Source: Alphaproteobacteria bacterium (lineage in GTDB: Bacteria; Pseudomonadota; Alphaproteobacteria; UBA828). From it: a stretch of DNA of 64,000 bases. The notes under the pieces are model-generated. The model had not been told where the DNA came from. It ran no database searches and saw only the letters and a list, made by a program, of their open reading frames with translations. The stretch covers positions 160,001 to 224,000 of the forward strand of contig CBDEFM010000001.1 in the NCBI GenBank assembly GCA_965237415.1, read 5' to 3'. Shown one piece after another: positions 51,200 to 63,442 of this stretch. Both the position numbers and the translations under genes were made by a program. Every line of letters starts with the position of its first letter. The stretch's first letter is position 1.

Positions 51200-52509
51200 T
51201 CGAGGCCCTGATCACGCCGCGCAGCTACCGCTACGCCAGCTTGCTGGCCACGCCGGTCATCGATGCCTGGCTTGCCCATCGGCGGCGCCGCGGCAAGGAG
51301 GACGAGGCACGCTTCGGCGAGCGGCTGGGGCGGCCGAGTCTGCCGCGGCCCGAGGGCCGGCTGGTCTGGATGCACGGCGCGAGTGTCGGCGAGAGCCTGT
51401 CCCTGCTGCCGCTGGTCGCTCGATTGCGCGAAGCATTCCCTGACGTTCCAATTCTGATCACGTCCGGCACTGTCACCTCGGCCCAGCTTCTGAGCGAGCG
51501 CCTCCCAGCCAGCGTGCAGCATCAATTCGTGCCGGTCGACCGGCCGGGCGCGGTCAGACGATTTCTCCAGCATTGGCGGCCGGACCTGTCGGTCTGGGTG
51601 GAATCGGAGCTTTGGCCCAATCTCATTCTCGAAACCGCCGCAGGCGGCACCCCCATGCTCCTGCTCAACGGGCGCTTGTCCAGGCGCTCCGCCGCGCGCT
51701 GGCGGCGGGCGCCGAATTTGAGCCGGCCCCTGCTCGCGGTATTCGACTGCGTTCTGGCACAGACCGACGCGGACGCCGAGCGTTTCCGCGCGCTCGGCGC
51801 GCACAACGTCACTGTGCAGGGCAACCTCAAGAACGATGCGCCACCGCTGCCGGCGGACGAGAATGGCGTCGCGGCGCTGAGCCAGACCATCGGTGCCCGG
51901 CCTTGCTGGGCAGCGGCGAGCACCCATGAGGGCGAGGAGGCAACGGTCGCCGAGGCGATCTCTGCCCTGCGCCGGACCTTTCCCGACCTGCTCACGATCC
52001 TTGCGCCGCGCCACCCGAAGCGGGGCGATTCCATCGCCGATCTCCTGGGGCGACATGATCTCGCCGTCGCCCGCCGCTCGGCAAACGAAGCGATCGCGCC
52101 GACTACCGCCGTCTATCTCGTCGATACGCTGGGCGACCTTGGCCTTGTCTACCGCCTCGCCGACATCGCCTTCGTCGGCGGTTCGCTGGCGCCCCATGGC
52201 GGGCACAATCCGCTGGAACCGGCGCGGCTCGACTGCGCGCTCGTAACCGGCCCGCACACGGAGAATTTCGCGGAAGCCTACGCCGCGCTGGAGGATGCCG
52301 ACGCAGTCAACCGCGTGGCAGACGCCAATTCGCTCGTCACCGCCGTTCGCGCCCTGCTCGAAGACGAGGCTGCGCGGGCCAAGCGCTCGGCCGCCGCCCA
52401 TGAGGCCGCCCGAGCGCTGGGCGGCGCGGTGGAGGCGGCGCTCGGCCTTATCCGCGACCATCTCGAACCCTGCGGCCGCGATGCGCGCGCCGGCATTCTG
52501 GGCGGTTGA
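51196..52509 (+). CDS. waaA: Kdo transferase
   Basis: WMHGASVGE, ESELWPN, AASTHEGEE, APRHPKR, GGHNPLEP. Confidence 0.95.
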   Translation: MIEALITPRSYRYASLLATPVIDAWLAHRRRRGKEDEARFGERLGRPSLPRPEGRLVWMHGASVGESLSLLPLVARLREAFPDVPILITSGTVTSAQLLSERLPASVQHQFVPVDRPGAVRRFLQHWRPDLSVWVESELWPNLILETAAGGTPMLLLNGRLSRRSAARWRRAPNLSRPLLAVFDCVLAQTDADAERFRALGAHNVTVQGNLKNDAPPLPADENGVAALSQTIGARPCWAAASTHEGEEATVAEAISALRRTFPDLLTILAPRHPKRGDSIADLLGRHDLAVARRSANEAIAPTTAVYLVDTLGDLGLVYRLADIAFVGGSLAPHGGHNPLEPARLDCALVTGPHTENFAEAYAALEDADAVNRVADANSLVTAVRALLEDEAARAKRSAAAHEAARALGGAVEAALGLIRDHLEPCGRDARAGILGG

Positions 52510-53470
52510 GCGCGGCGGGATTGCCGCCGCGGCTCTGACGCCTCTTTCCTGCCTCTACCGCCTCGGCGCACGGGGACAGGCTGCCTTGGCTCGCCCGGCA
52601 AAGGCGGACCTGCCAGTGATCTGCGTCGGCAACTTTACGGTCGGCGGCGCAGGCAAGACGCCGACCGTACTCGCCCTCGCCGCACTGCTCGCGGAGGAGG
52701 GCATCGATCCCCACATCCTGACGCGCGGCTATGGCGGCAGCGAGCGGGGACCGCTCAGGGTCGATCCCGCCCGCCACGACGCACGCGCGGTGGGCGACGA
52801 GGCGCTGCTGCTTGCACGAGTGGCGCCAACCTGGCTCTCCCGCGACCGGGCGGCCGGGGCAGCGGCTGCGCACTCTGCAGGGGCGCCCCTGCTACTCATG
52901 GACGATGGCATGCAGACTCCGGGCTTGCTGAAGGACCTCTGCATCGCGGTGGTGGATGGAGGCGCAGGCTTCGGCAATGGTCGTCTTCTGCCGGCGGGGC
53001 CGTTGCGTGAGCCGCTCGCTTCGGGCCTGCGCCGGGCGCATGCGCTGATTCTCGTCGGAACCGACCGGCACAGTGCGCTTGCGGCGCTCGGACAGCATGA
53101 TCTTCCCGTGATCGAGGCCGATCTGGTGCCCGGCGACGAGGCACGGGCGCTGAAAGAACGGCCGGTCGTCGCCTTCGCCGGGATCGGACGGCCGGAGAAG
53201 TTCTTCGAGACGCTGGAGGATGCCGGCTGCACCGTGATCGCGCGCTATGCCTTCGCCGACCACCACCGCTATAAGCCGGGCGAGATCGCGGCCATCGTTG
53301 CGTATGCGAAGGAGCGGGACGCCCTGCCCGTGACCACCGAAAAAGACCACGTGCGGCTGCCCGAGGACGCACGAGCATTGGTTCGTACGCTGCCTGTGAC
53401 TCTCGCCTGGCGCGACCCGGCAGAGCCGCGGGACCTGCTGGCACCGCTTCTGGCGCGCTGCCGTGGCTAG
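52481..53470 (+). CDS. lpxK: Tetraacyldisaccharide 4'-kinase
   Basis: VGNFTVGGAGKTP, RGYG, GDEA, DDGMQ, PAGPLRE, TTEKD. Confidence 0.95.
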   Translation: MRAPAFWAVERGGIAAAALTPLSCLYRLGARGQAALARPAKADLPVICVGNFTVGGAGKTPTVLALAALLAEEGIDPHILTRGYGGSERGPLRVDPARHDARAVGDEALLLARVAPTWLSRDRAAGAAAAHSAGAPLLLMDDGMQTPGLLKDLCIAVVDGGAGFGNGRLLPAGPLREPLASGLRRAHALILVGTDRHSALAALGQHDLPVIEADLVPGDEARALKERPVVAFAGIGRPEKFFETLEDAGCTVIARYAFADHHRYKPGEIAAIVAYAKERDALPVTTEKDHVRLPEDARALVRTLPVTLAWRDPAEPRDLLAPLLARCRG

Positions 53471-54353
53471 GGTTGGATGGATCCGCAGGGCGCGGCACGT
53501 CAGCGAGGCCGCCGCCGCCCACGCCCTCTTCGCGCTGCTGGGCGCGCTGCCGGTGGGATGGGCCTCGGCCGTCGGTGCCGCTCTCGGCGGCCTGATCGGC
53601 CCCTTGCTCCCGGTGCACCGGCAGGGCCTCGACAACCTCGCCCGGGCGCTACCGGAGCTTTCGCCGACCGAAATCCGGCGCTGCGCGCGCCGCATGTGGT
53701 GCCATCTCGGCCGTATCGCCGCGGAATACCCGCATCTCCACCGTTTTTCGGTCGACGAACTGGACGGGCGGATCGAGCTCGTCGGACGTGCCCATCTGGA
53801 CGAGGCCAAGCGCTCGGCAGCCGGAGGCATCTTCTTCTCCGGCCATATCGGCAACTGGGAGGTCGCCGCGCGCGCGCCGGAGCAGACCGGAGTGCCGTTA
53901 ACCGCCATCTACCGGGCGGCGAACAACCCGATCGTCGACCGCATGATCGAGCGGTACAGGGGAGCAGTTGCGCAGCACCGTGTGCCGAAAGGGACGGACG
54001 GCGCCCGCGAGATCGTGCGGGCTCTCGGCGCAGGCAACCACGCGGCCCTTCTGGTGGATCAGAAGTTCAACACCGGCATTCCGGTCCCCTTCTTCGGCCG
54101 CGATGCCATGACCGCGCCCGCCGTGGCATCGCTGGCGCTGAAATACGGGTGCCCCGTGTGGCCGGTGCGGGTCGAACGGCTCGCCGGCACCTCCTTTCGG
54201 GTCACCGTGTATCCCAAGCTCGCTCTGCCTCAGGAGGGCACGCGGGAAGAACGAGTTCGTGCGATCATGGTGGCCATCAATCGCATCCTCGAAGACTGGA
54301 TCCGCGAGCGGCCGGAACAATGGCTCTGGCTCCACCGGCGCTGGCCGGATTGA
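53463..54353 (+). CDS. lpxL: Lipid A lauroyl acyltransferase family
   Basis: GHIGNWE, VDQ, PFFG, PEQWLWLHRRW. Confidence 0.88.
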   Translation: MARVGWIRRARHVSEAAAAHALFALLGALPVGWASAVGAALGGLIGPLLPVHRQGLDNLARALPELSPTEIRRCARRMWCHLGRIAAEYPHLHRFSVDELDGRIELVGRAHLDEAKRSAAGGIFFSGHIGNWEVAARAPEQTGVPLTAIYRAANNPIVDRMIERYRGAVAQHRVPKGTDGAREIVRALGAGNHAALLVDQKFNTGIPVPFFGRDAMTAPAVASLALKYGCPVWPVRVERLAGTSFRVTVYPKLALPQEGTREERVRAIMVAINRILEDWIRERPEQWLWLHRRWPD

Positions 54354-54384
54354 GCGACGCGATAGCCTCCGGGATTCGACGGGA

Positions 54385-54478
54385 GCCGGGCCGTCAGGCC
54401 CGGACGGCGCGACCGCGCCGCGCGCCGAATGGCGCGTAGCCAAGCGAGCGGAGCGAGCGCCCGGCGCTTGAGGGATAT
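54385..54478. repeat. Dispersed ~95-bp intergenic repeat, copy B
   Basis: Same conserved blocks as 42413..42508, with a divergent central stem-loop. Confidence 0.8.
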
Positions 54479-54494
54479 GAATAGACCCCGACAA

Positions 54495-54522
54495 TTGACA
54501 GGAAGAATGCTGCGCCTATAGT
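54495..54522 (+). promoter_or_regulatory. Sigma70-type promoter of rplU-rpmA
   Basis: TTGACA-16 bp-TATAGT about 50 bp upstream of rplU. Confidence 0.7.
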
Positions 54523-54570
54523 GCGCCCGCTGCGGAGAGCACCCCGCGCCTCCCAACACGGATGGTTGCC

Positions 54571-55269
54571 ATGTTCGCTGTGGTTCGCTCTGGCGGGAAG
54601 CAATACCGCGTCGCGCCGGAGGACGTCATTCAGGTAGAACGGCTGCGGGCTGCGGCCGGCGAGACGATCGAACTCGGCGAGGTGCTGGCGATGAGCGACG
54701 GCGAGACCGTCTCTCTCGGGCAGCCGCTCCTCGAGGGCGCGCGGGTTGCGGCCACGGTCGTCGAGCACAAGCGCGGCGAGAAGATCATCATCTTCCGCAA
54801 GAAGCGGCGGAAGAACCATCGCCGCAAGCGCGGCCACCGGCAGGAGCTCACCGTGCTCCGCATCGACGAGATTCTGGTGGCCGGCGAGAAGCGGCGCGTG
54901 CGCCGGAAGAAGAAGACAGAAGCGGACGGCGCGGAGGAGACAGCCGGCGCCAAGCCCAAGAGGACGACCAAAGCCAAGACCGCAGCCAAGCCACGGACCC
55001 GGAAGACCGCCGCCGCCAAGGTAGAGAAAGCCGAAGACGCCCAGCCCGCGCCCGCCGAAGAGACGGCGGCCGAAGCGACTGAGGTTGAGGCGACGGCGAC
55101 CGCTTCGCCTGCAGCCGAAGCGGCTGCGCCGGCCGCGCCGAGCGAAGCGACGGCAGCCGAGACGGCTGAGCCCCCGGCAGAAGAGACGACCGACGCGCCG
55201 GCCGAGGAGGCCACCGAGTCACCTGCGGACGAGTCACCTGCGGACGAGCCGGCGGAGGAGAAGAGCTGA
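54571..55269 (+). CDS. rplU: 50S ribosomal protein L21 with long low-complexity C-terminal tail
   Basis: [24 protein letters not shown]; Lys-rich then Ala/Glu/Pro-rich tail. Confidence 0.96.
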   Translation: MFAVVRSGGKQYRVAPEDVIQVERLRAAAGETIELGEVLAMSDGETVSLGQPLLEGARVAATVVEHKRGEKIIIFRKKRRKNHRRKRGHRQELTVLRIDEILVAGEKRRVRRKKKTEADGAEETAGAKPKRTTKAKTAAKPRTRKTAAAKVEKAEDAQPAPAEETAAEATEVEATATASPAAEAAAPAAPSEATAAETAEPPAEETTDAPAEEATESPADESPADEPAEEKS

Positions 55270-55526
55270 TGGCGCACAAGAAGGCGGGCGGCAGTTCGCG
55301 CAACGGCCGGGATACGGCGGGTCGCCGCCTCGGCCTCAAGAAATTCGGTGGCGAGGCGGTAATCCCGGGCAACATCATCGCGCGCCAACGGGGCACCAAG
55401 TGGCATCCCGGCGAGAATGTCGGGATCGGGCGCGATCACACGCTGTTCGCGTTGACCGACGGCCACGTGCAGTTCGCACGGCGCAGCGGCGGAAAGACGG
55501 TCGTCTCAGTCGAGCCGAGCGCGTAA
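55269..55526 (+). CDS. rpmA: 50S ribosomal protein L27
   Basis: [20 protein letters not shown]. Confidence 0.97.
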   Translation: MAHKKAGGSSRNGRDTAGRRLGLKKFGGEAVIPGNIIARQRGTKWHPGENVGIGRDHTLFALTDGHVQFARRSGGKTVVSVEPSA

Positions 55527-56590
<1,064 letters not shown>

Positions 56591-56591
<1 letters not shown>

Positions 56592-57721
56592 TGCAGCCGT
56601 CGCTCGCCAGCGCGTCGCGCACCGTGGTCAAGATCGGCTCGTCGCTCCTCACCGAGCCCGCGACCGGAGCGCTCAACGAAGCCTGGCTGGATGGCCTCGC
56701 CCGCGACGTCGCCGGGCTCCGCGAGCGCGGCAAGGACGTGCTGATCGTCTCCTCCGGCGCGATCGCGATCGGGCGCCGTCACCTCGGGCTCGCGGCGGAG
56801 ACCCTCAGGCTCGAAGAGATGCAGGCGGCGGCGGCCTGCGGGCAGATAAGGCTCGCGCACGCCTACCAGTCGGCGCTCGCCCGCCACGGGATCGGGGTGG
56901 CGCAGATATTGCTGACCCATGAGGACACCGAGGCGCGGCGGCGCTACCTCAACGCGCGCAGCACCATCAACACCCTGCTCTCCCTCGGCACCGTTCCCGT
57001 GATCAACGAGAACGACACCGTCGCCACCAACGAGATTCGCTTCGGCGACAATGACCGGCTCGCGGCCCGTGTCGCCGTGATGATGAGCGCGGACCTGCTG
57101 GTTCTGCTCTCCGATGTCGATGGCCTCTACGAGTCCGACCCGCGGCACGACGCGCACGCCCGCTGGGTTCCCGCGGTCGAGCGCATCACGCCGGAGATCG
57201 AGGCGATGGCTGGCACCATCGGCACGCCGTCCGCCGCCGGCGGCATGGTGACGAAGATCGCCGCCGCCAAACACGCAATGGCGGCAGGCTGCCACATGGT
57301 GATCGCGAAGGGCGCGGTCGAATGCCCGCTTACTGCGCTGGAGGGAGGCGCCCGCTCGACCTGGTTCGTCTCCACCGCGACGCCGCGCGCGGCCCGCAAG
57401 AGCTGGATCGCGAGCGCGCTCGAGCCGCGCGGCACGCTCGTCATCGACGAAGGAGCCCGCAGGGCGTTGGCTCAGGGCCGAAGCCTGCTGCCGGCCGGCG
57501 TGAAGGCGGTGGAAGGCACGTTCGAGCGCGGCGATGCGGTGGCCATCAGGGTCGAGCAGGGGGGCGAGGCCGGCCGCGGCCTGGTCGCCTATTCCGCCGC
57601 CGACGCGCGCCGCATCGTCGGCCACAAATCCCGTGAAATAGAGCGTATCCTCGGCTACCGTGGCCGCGCCGAGATGATCCACCGCGACGATCTCGTGCTC
57701 GACGAGGAGCAACGACCGTGA
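56591..57721 (+). CDS. proB: Glutamate 5-kinase
   Basis: VVKIGSS, VSSGAI, INENDTV, FGDND, PUA domain SLLPAGV. Confidence 0.95.
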
Positions 57722-59010
57722 GCATGGCCGAGGCGGCGCGGAGCCGCGAGACCGAACACGACATCGCAGCCGAGATGGCCGCGCTCGGCGCGGACGCCCG
57801 CACCGCGGCGCAGGCGCTCGCCGCTTCATCTGCGGAAACGAGGCGGCGCGCGCTCCGAGCGGCTACGGCAGCCATCCGCGACGACGAGGCGGCAATTCTG
57901 GAGGCCAACGCGGCCGATATGGCGGCGGCGCGGGAATCAGGGCTGAGCGGCGCTCTGCTCGATCGCCTCGCCCTCGATCCCGGCCGCGTCGAAGCGATGG
58001 CGGCAGGTGTCGAGCAAGTGGCAGCCCTGGACGACCCGCTCGGTCGCCTGCTGGGCGAATGGGAGCGGCCCAACGGGCTTCGAATCCGCCGGGTTTCGGT
58101 GCCGATCGGCGTCATCGGGATCATTTACGAATCGCGGCCCAACGTCACCGCCGACGCCGGCGCTCTCTGCCTCATGTCGGGGAACGCGGTGATCCTGCGC
58201 GGCGGCTCGGAGAGTTACCACTCCTCGCGCGCGATCGCCGCGGCGCTGCGTGCGGCGCTGGTCGAGACCGGGCTGCCGGCGGGGTGCATCCAGCTCGTGC
58301 CGACAACGGACCGCGCAGCGGTCGGCATCCTGCTCACCATGGACGACGTGCTGGACCTGATCGTGCCCCGCGGCGGCCGCTCGCTGATCGAGCGGGTGCT
58401 TGCAGAGAGCCGGGTGCCGGTGCTGGCCCACCTGGACGGCAACTGCCATGTGTACGTACACGCCGCCGCCGACGCCGAGAAGGCGCGCGATGTCACTTTC
58501 AACGCCAAGATGCGGCGGACCGGAATCTGCGGCGCGGCGGAGACGCTGCTCGTCGACGCCGTCATGGAGGACGCGCTGCCTGCGATCCTCGAGCCGCTGT
58601 TCGAGGCAGGCTGCGAGATACGCGGCGATGCGCGCGTGCAGGCGCTCGATTCGCGCGTCGTGCCTGCCGACGCCACCGACTGGGGAACCGAGTATCTCGA
58701 CGCAATCATCTCGGTCGCGCTGGTGGACGGGCTCGATGCGGCGATCGCCCATGTGAACGAGCACGGTTCCCACCACACCGACGCCATCATCACGGAAGAC
58801 TCCGCTGCCGCCGAGCGCTTCATGGAGAGGGTGGACAGCGGGATCGTGCTGCACAACGCCTCGACCCAGTTCGCCGACGGCGGCGAGTTCGGCATGGGAG
58901 CCGAGATCGGCATCTCCACGGGCAAGCTCCACGCCCGCGGGCCGGTGGGCGTGGAGCAGCTCACCACCTACAAGTACAAGGTGTACGGCACCGGACAGGT
59001 TCGCCCCTGA
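57718..59010 (+). CDS. proA: Glutamate-5-semialdehyde dehydrogenase
   Basis: [39 protein letters not shown]. Confidence 0.96.
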   Translation: MSMAEAARSRETEHDIAAEMAALGADARTAAQALAASSAETRRRALRAATAAIRDDEAAILEANAADMAAARESGLSGALLDRLALDPGRVEAMAAGVEQVAALDDPLGRLLGEWERPNGLRIRRVSVPIGVIGIIYESRPNVTADAGALCLMSGNAVILRGGSESYHSSRAIAAALRAALVETGLPAGCIQLVPTTDRAAVGILLTMDDVLDLIVPRGGRSLIERVLAESRVPVLAHLDGNCHVYVHAAADAEKARDVTFNAKMRRTGICGAAETLLVDAVMEDALPAILEPLFEAGCEIRGDARVQALDSRVVPADATDWGTEYLDAIISVALVDGLDAAIAHVNEHGSHHTDAIITEDSAAAERFMERVDSGIVLHNASTQFADGGEFGMGAEIGISTGKLHARGPVGVEQLTTYKYKVYGTGQVRP

Positions 59011-59024
59011 CCACGCTCGTCCCC

Positions 59025-59660
59025 ATGCGCCGCCGGCGATCGCGGCCAATGCCCGTCGACACGTCGCCAGCGCGGCCGCCGGGCCGCAGGATCGGCCTGC
59101 TCGGCGGCTCTTTCAATCCAGCCCACGAGGGGCACCGGCACATAAGCCTGCTGGCGCTCAAGCGCCTCGGCCTGCACGAGGTCTGGTGGCTGGTCTCGCC
59201 GCAGAACCCGCTCAAGCCCCGCGCCGGGATGGCAGCGTTCGACGAACGACTCGCCGCGGCGAAGTCCGCAACCGGGGACCGCAGGCTCCGCGTAAGCGAT
59301 ATCGAACGCCGCCTCGGCAGCTGCTATTCGGTGGATACGGTGGCGCGGCTCAGGCAGTGCTTCCCGCGGCACCGGCTGGTCTGGATCATCGGCGCCGACA
59401 ATCTGCCGACGCTCGCGGAATGGCGGCGCTGGCCCGCGCTCTTCCAAGCACTACCCGTTGCGGTCGTCGACCGCTGGCCTTACTCTCGCTATGCCAGTGT
59501 GGTTAAGCCTGCGAAACGATTCGCACGCCGAAGAATGGCGGAACGCCGCGCGCGAGGGCTCGTGCGGTGCAAACCGCCCGCCTGGATTGTGATTCATGGT
59601 CCGCTGCATCCCGCTTCCGCGACAGCGTTGCGCGCCGCCAACGGCGCGGCGAGCCGATAA
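59025..59660 (+). CDS. nadD: Nicotinate-nucleotide adenylyltransferase
   Basis: GLLGGSFNPAHEGH, SPQNPLK, IGADNL; start is 59025 or 59049. Confidence 0.93.
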   Translation: MRRRRSRPMPVDTSPARPPGRRIGLLGGSFNPAHEGHRHISLLALKRLGLHEVWWLVSPQNPLKPRAGMAAFDERLAAAKSATGDRRLRVSDIERRLGSCYSVDTVARLRQCFPRHRLVWIIGADNLPTLAEWRRWPALFQALPVAVVDRWPYSRYASVVKPAKRFARRRMAERRARGLVRCKPPAWIVIHGPLHPASATALRAANGAASR

Positions 59661-59680
59661 GGGGAGGCTGGAGGAACACC

Positions 59681-60097
59681 ATAACGGTACCGAACCAACC
59701 TGTTAGGTCCAGTCGCCGGGAGTCGGGCAGGGCCGGCACCGAGACGCTTCACCGGACCGTCGCCGGCGCGCTCGCCGACGCCAAGGCGGAAGACATCGTC
59801 ACCATCGACCTCGAGGGCAAGACCTCGATCGCCGACCTCATGGTCATCGCCAGCGGACGATCGAAACGCCATGTCGATGCGGTCGCGGAGCGGCTCCTGA
59901 AACAGCTCAAGGACGACGGCACACCGGCGCTCGCGACGGAAGGCCGCGAGAACGCGGACTGGGTGCTGATCGATGCCGGCGACATCATCGTGCACGTCTT
60001 CCGCCCCGAGATCCGCTCTCTCTACAATCTCGAGAAGATGTGGTCCGTCGAGGCCATCGGCGCGGCCGATGCGCTGGCGCTTGCCGACGACGACTAA
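59681..60097 (+). CDS. rsfS: Ribosome silencing factor (probable ATA start)
   Basis: DAKAEDI, MVIASGRS, WVLIDAGDIIVHVF, YNLEKMW; SD GGAGGA 5 nt before ATA 59681. Confidence 0.9.
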   Translation: MTVPNQPVRSSRRESGRAGTETLHRTVAGALADAKAEDIVTIDLEGKTSIADLMVIASGRSKRHVDAVAERLLKQLKDDGTPALATEGRENADWVLIDAGDIIVHVFRPEIRSLYNLEKMWSVEAIGAADALALADDD

Positions 60098-60148
60098 CGG
60101 CGCGGCCTCGCAGGCCCTTTAGCCGGAGCAGAGGAGCGCCACCCGCCG

Positions 60149-60601
60149 ATGCGCCTTGTCGTGACGGCAGTCGGGCGCGGCCGGGACGATCCGGCTCAGA
60201 AACTCTTCGAGAGTTACCGCCGGCGCCTGCCATGGCCGGTCGAGCTGCGTGAGGTCCGGGCCGGCGGCGGTGGCGAAGCGGGGCGCGAACGCGAGGCGGC
60301 GGCGCTGCTGAAGGGGCTTCCAGAAGGCGCCTATATCGTGGCGCTGGACGGCACCGGCAAGGCGCTCACCAGCGAGGCGTTCGCCGCGCGTCTCGCGCGC
60401 ATCCGCGACGATGGCGTGGCCGTCGTGGCGTTTCTGATCGGGGGCGCCGACGGGCATGGGGCCCCTGCCCTCGTGCGTGCCGACTTGGTTCTTTCGCTTG
60501 GGCCGATGACGTGGCCGCATCTGCTCGTTCGCGCGATGCTGGCGGAGCAGCTCTGGCGTGCGGCCAGCATCCTCTCCGGCCACCCCTACCACCGCGGGTG
60601 A
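60149..60601 (+). CDS. rlmH: 23S rRNA pseudouridine1915 N3-methyltransferase
   Basis: FLIGGADG, SLGPMTWPH, EQLWRA, GHPYHR. Confidence 0.95.
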   Translation: MRLVVTAVGRGRDDPAQKLFESYRRRLPWPVELREVRAGGGGEAGREREAAALLKGLPEGAYIVALDGTGKALTSEAFAARLARIRDDGVAVVAFLIGGADGHGAPALVRADLVLSLGPMTWPHLLVRAMLAEQLWRAASILSGHPYHRG

Positions 60602-60617
60602 GCGCCCAGGAGGACAG

Positions 60618-61490
60618 TCAGCGCGTCGGGACCGGCGTGCCCGTGGAGTAGTCGTAAAAACCCTTGCCGGTCTTGAGGCCGAGCCAGCCGGCCTCGACGT
60701 ATTTCGCGAGCAGCGGGCAGGGCCGGTACTTGCTGTCGGCCAGACCCTCGTAGAGCACCTGCATGATGCTGTGGCAGGTGTCGAGGCCGATGAAATCGGC
60801 GAGCTCCAATGGCCCCATGCGGTGATGGGCGCCGAGCTTCATCGCTGTATCGATGGCCTTCACGGTGCCGACGCCTTCGTAAAGCGCATAAATCGCTTCG
60901 TTGACCATCGGCATGAGGATGCGGTTCACGATGAAGGCAGGGAAGTCCTCGGCCATGGCAGGGATCTTGCCCATGCGCTCGGTGACCTTGCGCGCGATCT
61001 CGTAAGTCTCCTCCTCGGTCGCGATGCCGCGCACCAGCTCCACCAGCTCCATCATCGGCACCGGGTTCATGAAGTGCATGCCCATGAACTTGCCGGGCCG
61101 GTCGGTGCTCGCCGCGAGGCGGGTGACGGACAACGACGAGCTGTTGGTGCAAATGATGGTGTGTTCGGGCAGCGCGCCACGCAACGCGACGAAGATTTCC
61201 TTCTTGACGGCCTCGTCCTCGACGACGGCCTCGATCACGAGGTCGACATCCTTGATGCCATCGAGGCCGACCGCCGGCGCGATTCGGCCCAGCGCCGCCG
61301 CCTGCTGCTCGTCGGTGATCGCGCCTCGGCGCGCCTGGCGACCGAGATTGGTGCGGATGGTCTCCAGCGCCGCGTCGAGCTCTGTCTGGCCGATATCGCT
61401 CAGCATCACCTGGTAGCCGGCCAGCGCGGCGACATGGGCGATGCCGCTCCCCATGCGGCCCGCTCCGATGATCCCTATCGATTGCACCAT
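60618..61490 (-). CDS. hbd: 3-hydroxybutyryl-CoA dehydrogenase
   Basis: [39 protein letters not shown]. Confidence 0.93.
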   Translation of the reverse strand: MVQSIGIIGAGRMGSGIAHVAALAGYQVMLSDIGQTELDAALETIRTNLGRQARRGAITDEQQAAALGRIAPAVGLDGIKDVDLVIEAVVEDEAVKKEIFVALRGALPEHTIICTNSSSLSVTRLAASTDRPGKFMGMHFMNPVPMMELVELVRGIATEEETYEIARKVTERMGKIPAMAEDFPAFIVNRILMPMVNEAIYALYEGVGTVKAIDTAMKLGAHHRMGPLELADFIGLDTCHSIMQVLYEGLADSKYRPCPLLAKYVEAGWLGLKTGKGFYDYSTGTPVPTR

Positions 61491-61499
61491 GGCAGCAGG

Positions 61500-62453
61500 T
61501 CAGACCTTGGAGATGCCCTGGCGATCCAGCTCTTCGGCAAGTGCCGGCAGAGCCTTGAACAGATCGGCCACGAGGCCAAAATCGGCGATCTGGAAGATCG
61601 GCGCCTCTTCGTCCTTGTTGATGGCGCAGATCACCCGGCTGTCCTTCATCCCGGCGAGGTGCTGGATCGCGCCGGAAATTCCCACCGCGATGTAGAGATC
61701 CGGTGCGACCACCTTGCCGGTCTGCCCGACCTGGAAGTCGTTGGGCACGTAGCCCGCATCGACCGCCGCACGCGAGGCGCCGACGGCGGCGCCCAATCGG
61801 TCCGCCACGGCCTCGATCAGCGGGAAGTTCTCGCCGCTCTGCATGCCGCGTCCGCCCGAGATCACGATGCCCGCGCTGGTGAGCTCCGGGCGGTCCGACT
61901 TGCTCAGCTCGTGGCGGACGAAGCGGACCAGCCCCTGGTCGCCGGCGCCCGCGACCGCCTCGATAGGCGCGCTACCGCCCTCGGCCGGGGCCGCATCGAA
62001 CGCAGTTGTGCGCACGGTCACCACCTTCCGTGCGTCGGTGCTCTCCACGGTCGCGAGCGCGTTGCCCGCATAAGTCGGGCGCACGAAGACGCTCTCGGAA
62101 ACGATTTCGATGATCTCGGAGACCTGGGCCACGTCGAGCAGAGCGGCGACGCGCGGCATGACGTTCTTGCCGAAGGTCGTGGCCGATGCGATCAGATGGC
62201 TGTAGCTCTCGGCGAGGCCGACGACCAAGGGCGCCAGGTTCTCGGCAATGCCGTGCTCATAGGCCGCATCGTCGGCGTGCAGCACCTTGGCGACCCCGGG
62301 AACCTGCGCCGCGGCCTCGGCCACCGGCCCGGCGCCGGAGCCCGCAACCAGCACGTGGACCTCGCCACCCAGAGCCTGCGCCGCTGTGACCGCGTTGAGG
62401 CTCGGCCGCTTCAGTTCGGCATTGTCGTGCTCGGCGAGAACGAGGACGCTCAT
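61500..62453 (-). CDS. etfA: Electron transfer flavoprotein alpha subunit
   Basis: [28 protein letters not shown]. Confidence 0.96.
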   Translation of the reverse strand: MSVLVLAEHDNAELKRPSLNAVTAAQALGGEVHVLVAGSGAGPVAEAAAQVPGVAKVLHADDAAYEHGIAENLAPLVVGLAESYSHLIASATTFGKNVMPRVAALLDVAQVSEIIEIVSESVFVRPTYAGNALATVESTDARKVVTVRTTAFDAAPAEGGSAPIEAVAGAGDQGLVRFVRHELSKSDRPELTSAGIVISGGRGMQSGENFPLIEAVADRLGAAVGASRAAVDAGYVPNDFQVGQTGKVVAPDLYIAVGISGAIQHLAGMKDSRVICAINKDEEAPIFQIADFGLVADLFKALPALAEELDRQGISKV

Positions 62454-62463
62454 CCGACTACCC

Positions 62464-63216
62464 TCACCCGATCACCTTGGCGTCGTCGCGCAGCTTCGCG
62501 ACGAGTTCTCCGACGTCTGCCACCTTGATCCCCGCCTCGCGTTTGGGCGGCTCCTCCACCTTGTGGACCGCGAGCCGCGGGCTGATGTCCACGCCGAGCG
62601 CATCCGCCTCCCGCCGGTCGATCGGCTTCTTCTTGGCCTTCATGATGTTGGGAAGCGAGGCGTAGCGCGGCTCGTTGAGCCTGAGGTCGGTGGTGACCAC
62701 CGCCGGAAGATTGACGTTGAGGGTCTCGAGCCCGCCGTCGATCTCGCGGGTCACGTCCGCGGTCCCGTCCTTGAACACGATCTCGGACGCGAAGGTGGCC
62801 TGCGGCCAGCCGAGCAGCGCCGCCAGCATCTGGCCGGTCTGGTTACTGTCGTCGTCGATGGCTTGCTTGCCCAGGATGACGAGGCCCGGCCGCTCCTCGT
62901 CCGCGATCACCTTGAGCAGGCGCGCCACGGCGAGCGGCTGCAGCTCCGCCTCGGTAACGATATGGACCGCGCGATCCGCGCCCATGGCGAGCGCCGTGCG
63001 CAGAGTCTCCTGCGCCTTGTCGGCGCCGGCCGACACCACGATCACTTCGTCCGCGGGGCCGTTCTCCTTCATGCGCACGGCTTCCTCCACCGCGATCTCG
63101 CAGAACGGGTTCATCGCCATCTTCACGTTCGCGGTCTCGACCCCCGTCTGGTCGGATTTCACCCGCACCTTCACGTTGGGGTCGATCGTGCGCTTGACCG
63201 CGACCAGGACCTTCAT
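62464..63216 (-). CDS. etfB: Electron transfer flavoprotein beta subunit
   Basis: [37 protein letters not shown]. Confidence 0.96.
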   Translation of the reverse strand: MKVLVAVKRTIDPNVKVRVKSDQTGVETANVKMAMNPFCEIAVEEAVRMKENGPADEVIVVSAGADKAQETLRTALAMGADRAVHIVTEAELQPLAVARLLKVIADEERPGLVILGKQAIDDDSNQTGQMLAALLGWPQATFASEIVFKDGTADVTREIDGGLETLNVNLPAVVTTDLRLNEPRYASLPNIMKAKKKPIDRREADALGVDISPRLAVHKVEEPPKREAGIKVADVGELVAKLRDDAKVIG

Positions 63217-63442
63217 GGGCATTCCCGCTGGGCGGCTAGGCAAGGCCGCCGGCGCGCTGCCGGGAACTCCCCGCCGCGCGCGGCCGCACACTATGACTGG
63301 GCTGAATTCCTGTCAACGCCGGCCCCTCGGTATGCGGCCCCGGTATGCTGCCTCGCTGGACGCTGCCGCCGCTCGCGCGTAGAAATGGCCTCGTTCCGCC
63401 GGGGGCGGCGGAGCGTGCACGCTTCGACGAGGGGAGGCAACG

